From: Vampirovibrionales bacterium
GTDB taxonomy: Bacteria > Cyanobacteriota > Vampirovibrionia > Vampirovibrionales > JAJTHC01
Assembly (NCBI GenBank): GCA_044348005.1
Contig: JBIKTR010000004.1
Coordinates: 66,980 to 130,979 of the forward strand
Direction: 5' to 3'
Length of the DNA: 64,000 bases
The notes beneath the pieces were generated by a model, which saw nothing but the letters and a program-made list of their open reading frames with translations, was not told the origin of the DNA and did not search any database. Below are positions 56,121-64,000 of the stretch, in pieces. Each line of letters opens with the position of its first letter. Position 1 is the first letter of the stretch. The translations under genes were made by a program, and so were the position numbers.

Positions 56121-57269
56121 CTATAAAAGTGAAAATAATAAGCCAATCATCCCTAAAGTCACCACCACACTCGTGCCGCCATAACTAATTAAAGGCAACG
56201 TAACCCCTGTGACAGGAAATAAACCTATGGCGACACAGATATTGATGAGCGCTTGTACGACGAGCATCCACGTCAAAGCAAAGGCCAACAACTGCTTAAA
56301 GGGTGTTTCTGCACTGCGGCTAATGTTAAAACCACGAAGCGCCAACCAGCCGTAAAAACTAAGCGTCACCATCGCCCCTAAAAACCCCAGTTCATCGCAA
56401 ATAATGGCAAAAATAAAATCGGTATGTTGAAAGGGCAAGTAAAATAATTTTTGCACAGAATTGCCGTAGCCTGTTCCAAGCAAGCCCCCACTGGAAATGG
56501 CGTAAAAGCTCTGAATAATGTTATAGCCCACATCCTGCGGATCGTTCCACGGATTGAGCCAGCCTTCAATGCGTCGCCATTGATAAGGGGTGTGCTTAAT
56601 TTTTTCAAAAAGCAGCCAAAAGCCCAAGGGAAGCCCCCCCACATAGAACCAAGTCGGTGCACCTGCCATAAAAGTCACGCCTAAAAAAGCTGAACTTAAC
56701 AGGAGTGTTATACTTAAGTTGGGTTGCTTAAAAATTAACCCTATAATGGCCAAACACATCACGCTTGCCGTTACCACGCGTTCTAAGCGTCGATGCGATT
56801 GATCGCTGAATGCCCACGCCAGCAATAAGGCGACCGCTGGTTTGGCGAGTTCAGAGGTTTGAAAGCGAATAGGACCAATGCTGAGCCATCGTTCCGAGCC
56901 ATTGGCTGTGTCTCCCACCCATTGCGTTAAAAGAAGTAGCCCTAAAGTGACCCAAGCAAACACCCAGACCCTTTGCTTGAGTCGTGCTTCTTTAAATCCC
57001 GCTAAAATCCACATTAACAAAAAACCAACCACCATAAAAAGGGCCTGTCTCAACACAAAATACAGCTTAGAATCGTTTAGTTCTGCTCCATAATGGGCTG
57101 AAGCACTAAATAAAACCAGCAATCCAAAGACGCATAAGGCCACTGTCACCCAAAAAAGTTGGGGATCTGTTTGAAAGGGTTCGTAAAAGCCCTGCCAAGC
57201 ATCCTTCAAAAAGGGAAGAAGTCCTTTATGAGTACGTGTGTGTGTTCTGATTAGTGGGCTATTCATCAC
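56121..57269 (-). CDS. ftsW: SEDS-family peptidoglycan glycosyltransferase (FtsW/RodA)
   Basis: 10-TM SEDS protein; ATGA overlap with the upstream murD. Confidence 0.8.
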   Translation of the reverse strand: MMNSPLIRTHTRTHKGLLPFLKDAWQGFYEPFQTDPQLFWVTVALCVFGLLVLFSASAHYGAELNDSKLYFVLRQALFMVVGFLLMWILAGFKEARLKQRVWVFAWVTLGLLLLTQWVGDTANGSERWLSIGPIRFQTSELAKPAVALLLAWAFSDQSHRRLERVVTASVMCLAIIGLIFKQPNLSITLLLSSAFLGVTFMAGAPTWFYVGGLPLGFWLLFEKIKHTPYQWRRIEGWLNPWNDPQDVGYNIIQSFYAISSGGLLGTGYGNSVQKLFYLPFQHTDFIFAIICDELGFLGAMVTLSFYGWLALRGFNISRSAETPFKQLLAFALTWMLVVQALINICVAIGLFPVTGVTLPLISYGGTSVVVTLGMIGLLFSLL

Positions 57270-58831
57270 GCAAGTTCCTTAAAAAAGTCTGCCACAACGG
57301 ATTCAAAAAAACGGCCTCGTTCTTCAAAATCCTTAAAGGCGTCTTGGCTGGCACAGGCGGGCGCCAGTAAAACAGGGTAAGTCGGATGCAATTGTTGAAG
57401 CGTCAAGGCTTTTATTGTGGCGTCTTCCAAGCTTTTTACCACAGAAAAAGGCTTGTTGTAGCCCGCGTGTTTAAGGGCGTCGAAAAACTCAGGGGCATCT
57501 TGACCAAAACAGAACACGCACGCGGTGCGTTCTTGGCATAATTTGGCCCAATCTTGTAAGGGGGTGTGCTTTGAAAGTCCACCCACCAGTAGGATGGCCG
57601 GCGTCTGAAGTGGGATGCACCCCAAGGCAGACATACTCGCTTCGGGATTCGTGGCCTTAGAATCGTTAATCACCACATAAGGGGCAGGCACCGCCAAACG
57701 CTGAAAGCGATGAGCCAACCCTTGAAAAGCACCCAAGGCGTGCGAAAGCGAATGGGCACGGGCGGGGGTGAGTGGGCTTTTTTCAATGAAGGCATCCCAC
57801 AAAATGGCGCCTAGAGCCAGTAGCATATTTTGGGTATGATGCCCCCCCGTTTCAGGGTAAGCCTGTCGCCGAAGCTCAAGTGAATTAAAGTCACGCAAAG
57901 GGGCCAAAGCATCTTGAAAGGCTTTAGGAATGTAGAGTTCAATGACGTCGTGTTTATTCACAAATAATTGAGGAACGTCTAAAACTTCTAAAGCATGGGG
58001 ACGCGTATGAATGCCTATGGTCTTTAAAGGGTTACGTTGATTTTGCCATTGCATGGCAATGGGGTCATCCAAATTTAAAACGGCGTATTCACAGGCGTAA
58101 TCGCCAATAAACAAGCGAGCTTTTGCTTCGACATAGGCTTGCCAACTGCCGTGCCAGCTTAAATGGTCAGGCGTCAAGTTACTAAACACACCAATTTTCT
58201 GCGTCACGTGGGTCGAATAATACAATTGATAAGAACTTAATTCCGCGACAATTTGCACAGGGGTTTGACTCTGCAACGATTCAATCACCACATCTGAAAT
58301 CGCATGGCCGATGTTACCACAAGCAACCGAATTCACCTGTGGATTTAAGCCCTTTAAAAGGTGCGAAATTAAGCTTGTAATGGTACTTTTGCCGTTGGTG
58401 CCCGTTACACTAATCCACCCGCGCACGTGTTTGGGTTGATTGAGACAAGCCCAGTCCGGTTCAGAAAGAAGGGTAAAGCCTTTTGCTTTTAAGGACTTGA
58501 CTAAATCTGAATGAGGGGGAATGCCGGGGGAAAGCACCACCACTTCGGCATGATGCAGTAACGAATCGTTTGAGCCGATTTCAAGATGCACTTGATCAGA
58601 CAACTGAGCCAAGGTGGCATCCTGCAAGCGGGCTTGAGGATTAGAATCGCTTAAAAGAATCGAAGAACACCCAAGTGCTACTGCTAAGCGTGCCGCGGCT
58701 TGCCCAGAAGTCGAAATGCCCACAATGGACAAGGATTCTGGCACGCAAAAGGCCTGAAGCGGACTCTCTTCCACTTGAAAGAGCTGGCTTTGCTCTTGCC
58801 TATCTTCAGGATTCACTTCAAGACCTTGCAT
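57266..58831 (-). CDS. murD: UDP-N-acetylmuramoylalanine--D-glutamate ligase
   Basis: SIVGISTSGQAAARL N-terminal Rossmann, GTNGKST P-loop, Mur ligase C-terminus; ~35 aa N-terminal extension. Confidence 0.85.
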   Translation of the reverse strand: MQGLEVNPEDRQEQSQLFQVEESPLQAFCVPESLSIVGISTSGQAAARLAVALGCSSILLSDSNPQARLQDATLAQLSDQVHLEIGSNDSLLHHAEVVVLSPGIPPHSDLVKSLKAKGFTLLSEPDWACLNQPKHVRGWISVTGTNGKSTITSLISHLLKGLNPQVNSVACGNIGHAISDVVIESLQSQTPVQIVAELSSYQLYYSTHVTQKIGVFSNLTPDHLSWHGSWQAYVEAKARLFIGDYACEYAVLNLDDPIAMQWQNQRNPLKTIGIHTRPHALEVLDVPQLFVNKHDVIELYIPKAFQDALAPLRDFNSLELRRQAYPETGGHHTQNMLLALGAILWDAFIEKSPLTPARAHSLSHALGAFQGLAHRFQRLAVPAPYVVINDSKATNPEASMSALGCIPLQTPAILLVGGLSKHTPLQDWAKLCQERTACVFCFGQDAPEFFDALKHAGYNKPFSVVKSLEDATIKALTLQQLHPTYPVLLAPACASQDAFKDFEERGRFFESVVADFFKELA

Positions 58832-58862
58832 CAGGGGGCGTCCTTTTAAGTCACTTACATGC

Positions 58863-61361
58863 TTATTCGCTTTGGGGTTTGACGACGATATTCACCAACT
58901 TATTAGGAACCACAATGACTTTGACGATCGTCATGCCTTCAAGAAACTTTTGCACCGCTGGGGAAGCTTTGGCCAATGTTTCAAGGGTGTCTTTATGCGT
59001 GTCTAACGCCACAGAAACTTTGTCTCGCAATTTACCATTGACTTGAAAGACCACCGTGACTTCATCCGCCACCAGTGCTTCTTGAAGGGCCACACACCAT
59101 GATTGATGATGAATACTGCCTTCACCGCCAAGCTTGTGCCATAATTCTTCACTAAAATGGGGCGTAATCGGGGCAGAGAGCTTTAAAAATGTTTCCACCG
59201 CATGGGTAAAAACGGCATCTTTGGGTGATTGAGGCGTGTATTTAGCAAAAACATGGGCAAAGGCTCGTAATTTGGCCATAATCGTGTTGAATTGAAACCC
59301 TTCATCTAAGTCTTGGGTAACGCCTACAATCGCCTTATTGCTTTCTTGAAACAAGTGGCGTGCGGGCCCTTCTAAACTACTGTACGCAGGGACTTCTAGG
59401 CTAAAATCAACGGCGTGCTGATGCGTGACAATGCTTTGCCACACACGACGCAAAAACTTGTAACAGCCTTCTACCGCCGAATCTTTCCAATCAAAATCGG
59501 CCGCAGGAGGAGAATCACTCAAAATAAAGAATCGGGCGGCATCGGCGCCATAGTCTTTAATAATTTCAACAGGCGAAACAATGTTACCCTTAGATTTAGA
59601 CATTTTCGAACCGTCTTTAAGTACCATGCCTTGGGTCAACAGGTTTTTAAACGGCTCATCAAAATTAATCAATCCCCCACGATGCAAGGCTTTGGTAAAA
59701 AATCTTGAATACAACAGGTGTAAAATGGCATGTTCAACGCCACCCACGTATTGATCCACAGGCAACCACTGATTCACCAAATCCGAATCAAAAATCGCAC
59801 GCTCATTGTGCGGATCCACATAACGCAAATAGTACCAACTGGAACAAACGAAGGTGTCCATGGTGTCCGTTTCACGCTTGGCAGGCTTGCCACAGGTGGG
59901 GCAAGGCACATTGAGCCACGCGTCATGCTTCGCCAAAGGCGAGCCTCCTGCTCCGCTAAAGGCCACATCTTCGGGTAACACGACAGGTAGATCCGCTTCA
60001 GGCACAGGCACCACTCCACATTCTTTGCAATGAATCATGGGAATAGGCGCCCCCCAATAACGTTGACGAGACACCAACCAATCCCGCAAACGATACTGCA
60101 CCTTTTTAGACGCAACCCCTTCTCGCACCCCTTTTTCAACAATGGCGTGTTTCGCTTCATGTGAAGCAAGTCCATTGAAGGTGTCCGAATTGATGAGTAC
60201 CCCTTCTTCCGTAAACGCGTGCAAAAGTTCACTCGACTCCTTGCCCTTCGCACGAACCACTTCAACCATTCCTAAGTCAAATTTTGTGGCAAACGCAAAA
60301 TCTCGATCATCATGGGCAGGTACCGCCATCACGGCGCCTGTGCCGTATTCCATCAGTACATAATCGCTCACCCAAATCGGGATGTTTTGCTGTGTGTACG
60401 GATTTACGGCAAACGCGCCTGTAAAAACGCCCGTTTTTTCTCGAGTCAGCGAACTGCGTTCAATGTCTGACAAATTTTTAACCGAAGCCTGATACGCACG
60501 AACCGCGTCACGTTGTTCAGGCGTCACGATTCGTTCAAGCAAGGGGTGTTCAGGCGCAAGCGTACAAAACGTTACCCCGTAAATGGTGTCTGGTCGAGTG
60601 GTGAAAATGGTAAAGGCTTCTTCGGTGCCTGAAATTTTAAAGGTAATGTTGGCACCAATAGAACGATCAATCCAGTTGGCTTGCATGGATTTCACCCGAT
60701 CAGGCCAGCCCTCAAGTTGAGCAATCCCATCAAGTAACTCATCCGCATAGGCGGTGATTTTAAAGAACCATTGGCTCATGTTGCGTTTTTCAACCACCGC
60801 CCCACTTCGCCAGCTTTTTCCGTCAATGACTTGTTCATTGGCCAACACCGTTTGATCAATAGGGTCCCAGTTGACAGGGGCTTCTTTTTTATAGGCCAAG
60901 CCTTGTTTGTACAAAAACAAGAAAATCCATTGCGTCCACTTATAATAATCTTCACGGCACGTATAGATTTCGCGGTTCCAGTCGTACATCAAGCCCAGCG
61001 AGTTTAGTTCCTTCTGCATATTCGCAATGTTGTCAAAGGTCCAGCCTTTGGGAGGCACCCCGTGTTGAATGGCGGCATTTTCAGCAGGCAGGCCGAAGCT
61101 GTCCCACCCCATGGGGTGAAGCACATTATAGCCTTGCATCTTCTTATAGCGAGCAATGACATCCGTAATGGCGTAATTACGCACATGCCCCATGTGGAGC
61201 TTGCCCGAAGGATAGGGAAACATGGAAAGCACATAGTATTTGGGCTTGCTGGAGTCGTGAATGTTGGTGTCGTGTTGTTTTTGGGTGGCCCAGTGGTGTT
61301 GCCATTTGGGCTCTATTTGACTTGGGGCGTAGAAATCTAGTTGTAAAATATCGTCTAGCAT
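58863..61361 (-). CDS. leuS: Leucyl-tRNA synthetase
   Basis: HMGHVRNY (HIGH) and KMSKSKGN motifs; CP1 editing domain; start at MLDDIL with GGAG RBS (ORF extends to 61394). Confidence 0.9.
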   Translation of the reverse strand: MLDDILQLDFYAPSQIEPKWQHHWATQKQHDTNIHDSSKPKYYVLSMFPYPSGKLHMGHVRNYAITDVIARYKKMQGYNVLHPMGWDSFGLPAENAAIQHGVPPKGWTFDNIANMQKELNSLGLMYDWNREIYTCREDYYKWTQWIFLFLYKQGLAYKKEAPVNWDPIDQTVLANEQVIDGKSWRSGAVVEKRNMSQWFFKITAYADELLDGIAQLEGWPDRVKSMQANWIDRSIGANITFKISGTEEAFTIFTTRPDTIYGVTFCTLAPEHPLLERIVTPEQRDAVRAYQASVKNLSDIERSSLTREKTGVFTGAFAVNPYTQQNIPIWVSDYVLMEYGTGAVMAVPAHDDRDFAFATKFDLGMVEVVRAKGKESSELLHAFTEEGVLINSDTFNGLASHEAKHAIVEKGVREGVASKKVQYRLRDWLVSRQRYWGAPIPMIHCKECGVVPVPEADLPVVLPEDVAFSGAGGSPLAKHDAWLNVPCPTCGKPAKRETDTMDTFVCSSWYYLRYVDPHNERAIFDSDLVNQWLPVDQYVGGVEHAILHLLYSRFFTKALHRGGLINFDEPFKNLLTQGMVLKDGSKMSKSKGNIVSPVEIIKDYGADAARFFILSDSPPAADFDWKDSAVEGCYKFLRRVWQSIVTHQHAVDFSLEVPAYSSLEGPARHLFQESNKAIVGVTQDLDEGFQFNTIMAKLRAFAHVFAKYTPQSPKDAVFTHAVETFLKLSAPITPHFSEELWHKLGGEGSIHHQSWCVALQEALVADEVTVVFQVNGKLRDKVSVALDTHKDTLETLAKASPAVQKFLEGMTIVKVIVVPNKLVNIVVKPQSE

Positions 61362-61462
61362 GGGGGAAGCTCCGCATTGATTAAACCACTCCATTATCCC
61401 ACAGTTTACAAAAGTTCACAAGCAAAGGGGGTGAATCTATTGGGCTAATCGAAGTTCACCTA

Positions 61463-62353
61463 CTACGGCACCATTTTTTCTAACTTATATTCTAAAATAT
61501 CGGTGGCACCCGCTTTTACGAGTTCAGGGATCAACACATGGACTTGCATGGCAGGCACAGCCACTTTAACCGCAAAGCCTTCATGATTGTACAAATCACT
61601 CACCGTGGGGGAGTTCATGGAATGGCCCGCCAGTAAGGCAATCACGCCGTCAAAAGCCGTCGTACTCACGTTCATTTCTAGTAACACGCGTTGTGTGGCC
61701 CGTAAGGTCGCTTCCATCAGCATTTTCATTTCTTCGATTTTTTGACGCTTGGCCGGATCGTTCATGGCTTGTTTGCTCGCTATAAAGCGAGTCGTCGACG
61801 TGGTAATAACATCCACAATCGCCAAACGGTTCATACGAAGCGTGGTGCCTGTGGCGGTATTGTCTACAATAATATCGGCATCTTCAGGCGGAAACGCTTC
61901 TGTTGCGCCATAACTTTGTAAGTAAACCGCGTTTAGGGCGTGCTTTTTGATGAAGTCTTCAGTGCATCGCTTATATTCGCTGGCCACCACGATTTGACGG
62001 CTCTTATTTTCAAAAGGATTTTCTTCGCTATTGAGTAAGTCTTCAGGAATAGCCGCGACAATTTGAACGGGGTCGTATCCCAAATCAAGCACAGTGACGA
62101 CATCGGCTTGATGTTCATAAATCCAATCTCCCCCTGTAAAGCCACAATCATGACGCCCCAGTTCCACTAAAGCAGGAATATTTTGGGCTTTCATGATTTT
62201 CGCTTCTATGTAGGCATCACTACATTGTGGGCGGTAGCTCCGGCTGGTGGACTTGAACTTCACCCCAATGTTACCCAGCAAGGCCAGTACTTTTTCTTGA
62301 ATACGGCCTTTGGGTAAAACCAGTTTTAGGGTAGGCGTTTGTTCAGTGGTCAT
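61463..62353 (-). CDS. hisG: ATP phosphoribosyltransferase, long form
   Basis: LVLPKGRIQEKVLALL and DCGFTGGDWIYE motifs; C-terminal regulatory domain present; start at MTTEQT. Confidence 0.8.
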   Translation of the reverse strand: MTTEQTPTLKLVLPKGRIQEKVLALLGNIGVKFKSTSRSYRPQCSDAYIEAKIMKAQNIPALVELGRHDCGFTGGDWIYEHQADVVTVLDLGYDPVQIVAAIPEDLLNSEENPFENKSRQIVVASEYKRCTEDFIKKHALNAVYLQSYGATEAFPPEDADIIVDNTATGTTLRMNRLAIVDVITTSTTRFIASKQAMNDPAKRQKIEEMKMLMEATLRATQRVLLEMNVSTTAFDGVIALLAGHSMNSPTVSDLYNHEGFAVKVAVPAMQVHVLIPELVKAGATDILEYKLEKMVP

Positions 62354-62452
62354 GGTGAATATCCTTTTTTTAAGCTTTTTAAGAATGCACGTTATTATTA
62401 AAACACAAGCAAAGGGTTCTTTCAAAGTCTGGGGTGGAAGGTTAAACTGAAC

Positions 62453-64000
62453 TTACAACGACACCATCAAATCGTCCCCAGAACGATGAAGTTTGGCATA
62501 CGCCCCATTTTGCGCTAACAAGCTTTGATGAGTCCCTGTTTCCACAATCTCCCCGTGATTCATCACCGCAATGAGATCACAATGTTGAATCGTACTGAGT
62601 CGATGGGCAATCACAATCACCGTTCTTTCACGCATTAAAACGTCAATGGCTTGCTGGACCATGCGTTCGCTTTCGTTGTCTAGCGCTGAAGTGGCTTCAT
62701 CTAAAACCAAAATAGGGGCATTGCGAAGTAAGGCACGCGCAATAGCGAGACGTTGGCGCTGCCCGCCTGAAAGTAAAACCCCCCGCTCTCCTAAAACGGT
62801 GTCTAAACCATTGGGCAACTGGTTTTCAACCATGTCTAACAAATAAGCATTGGCCAAGGCTTGCTTCAATTCGTCTTCTGTTGCGGAAGGTTTAATCAGC
62901 AGTAAATTGTCTCGCAACGTGCCGTGAAAAATGAAATTGTCTTGAAACACGGCACTAACTAGATGCCTGAACGCCGTTTCTTCAATGTCATGGATGGGGG
63001 TTCCATCAATGAATATAGCCCCTTCGCTTGGGTCGTACAAGCGAAGCAGTAAGTGAGCCAGCGTCGATTTTCCACTGCCTGATCCTCCCACAAAAGCGAC
63101 ACTTTGGCCTTTTTGAATGGTCAGGTTAAGATGCTTTAAAACCCAAGGCAAATGGGGGCGGTACCGAAAAGAAAGATCTTTAATTTCAATCGCCTTTTGT
63201 AAGTGAGTGGTGTGAACCTGACCCACAGGGGTTGCTTCAATGGGCCTGTCTATTCGAGCAAACACGCGTTCTAAGGCAATAAACGCCAAATAAAATTGTG
63301 TGGAAGAGTTACCTAAGCTTTTAATAGGTGTGTAAAGCAAAATAAGCGATGTAATAAATGCCGCAAATCCACCCGCTGAAAGGGTGCCGTCTTGAATGAG
63401 AATGGAACCATAATACAACACAAGCCCAATGCCTAAGCCTGCAATACTGTGCATCAAAGGCGTTAAAATCCCCGAAATTTGAGCCATACGGATGCTGAAC
63501 TTTCGCACCACTTTCAAAGAGGCTTTGAGCATGTCTAGTTGATGCAACTGAAGCTGAAAGAGCTTAATGACTCGGTTTCCTTGCAAGGCTTCAATGTAAG
63601 GAATGGTTAAATACGTGTTGGCATTAAGGCTTTGTTCACTGACGCGTTTTAGGTATTTGCGAGAAAAGCTAATGGGAATGACAATCGTTCCTAAAACGCC
63701 CAAAGCAATAAACGCCAGATGCGGAGACAACCCCAGTAACGTTAAGGCCAACCCTGCCACACTAAAAAAGCGAATCGTGGAGGTTTTTAAAATATCGGTC
63801 AAACCAGCTGTGGCGGTATCGGAATCTCCACAAAAGTGTGAAATCACTTCTCCGCTTGAAGAGCCGTCGTACCAAGTGGCTTCATAGTTAAGTAGTTTTG
63901 CAAACAAATCTTGCTTGAGTCGCTGGTTTATATCCACCCGCACAATAGAATTGGCCACATTAGACGTATAGTTAAACACCCCCTGAACAATCGTAAAAAG
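62453..64000 (-). CDS. ABC exporter ATP-binding/permease fusion (MsbA-like), 5' end beyond the window
   Basis: Walker A GGSGSGKST, signature LSGGQRQR, Walker B ILVLDEATSALD; TM region continues to the window edge. Confidence 0.8.
   Translation of the reverse strand, partial: LFTIVQGVFNYTSNVANSIVRVDINQRLKQDLFAKLLNYEATWYDGSSSGEVISHFCGDSDTATAGLTDILKTSTIRFFSVAGLALTLLGLSPHLAFIALGVLGTIVIPISFSRKYLKRVSEQSLNANTYLTIPYIEALQGNRVIKLFQLQLHQLDMLKASLKVVRKFSIRMAQISGILTPLMHSIAGLGIGLVLYYGSILIQDGTLSAGGFAAFITSLILLYTPIKSLGNSSTQFYLAFIALERVFARIDRPIEATPVGQVHTTHLQKAIEIKDLSFRYRPHLPWVLKHLNLTIQKGQSVAFVGGSGSGKSTLAHLLLRLYDPSEGAIFIDGTPIHDIEETAFRHLVSAVFQDNFIFHGTLRDNLLLIKPSATEDELKQALANAYLLDMVENQLPNGLDTVLGERGVLLSGGQRQRLAIARALLRNAPILVLDEATSALDNESERMVQQAIDVLMRERTVIVIAHRLSTIQHCDLIAVMNHGEIVETGTHQSLLAQNGAYAKLHRSGDDLMVSL

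Noticed and set aside
1-64000. tRNA or rRNA genes
   Set aside because: The only tRNA-like T-loop/acceptor (GGTTCGATTCC...CCACCA) belongs to the tmRNA; no cloverleaf candidates or rRNA-like conserved stretches were seen.

Overview
This is a 64 kb bacterial chromosomal window at about 50-55% GC, with several AT-rich islets.

**Organism hints.** A tmRNA tag of the ANNIV.FAR...AA type, an RRM glycine-rich RNA-binding protein with a long 5' UTR, a LabA-like NYN protein, a YmdB phosphoesterase and an AroH chorismate mutase suggest a cyanobacteria-related lineage. This is inference only.

**Housekeeping content.**
- Amino-acid and cofactor genes: ilvE, serB, nadE, folD, coaE, cysK, hisG, a leuA-like gene, aroH and gmk.
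- Cell-wall (dcw) genes split over three loci: murG alone, murF-mraY coupled to an aminotransferase, and murD-ftsW, plus a class A PBP.
- Information processing: leuS, recQ, rpoZ and tmRNA.
- Signalling and transport: two two-component systems, a GGDEF protein and several transporters.

**Repeat landscape.** At least five families of small palindromic (REP/BIME- or RPE-like) repeats are present.
- They cluster in intergenic mosaics.
- One 0.5 kb tandem array of hairpin units is present.
- Two copies lie in frame inside coding genes: the glutamine-dependent NAD synthetase and a lone phage terminase large subunit.

**Accessory features.**
- An AT-rich two-gene ABC-ATPase plus standalone TOPRIM-like pair, a candidate PARIS/OLD-like defence module.
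- A hicAB toxin-antitoxin insertion flanked by 60-bp direct repeats that copy the terminase 3' end.
- A four-member paralog family that shares a consensus sigma70 promoter, 5' UTR and N-terminal ~45 codons, with unrelated AT-rich C-termini; one member is recoded by a frameshift plus a new start.
- Two tandem small paralogs behind 8-nt and 15-nt homopolymer tracts, suggesting phase variation.
- A NYN-domain gene with a consensus promoter.
- A 13-bp tandem repeat upstream of recQ.

No tRNA, rRNA or CRISPR was found.
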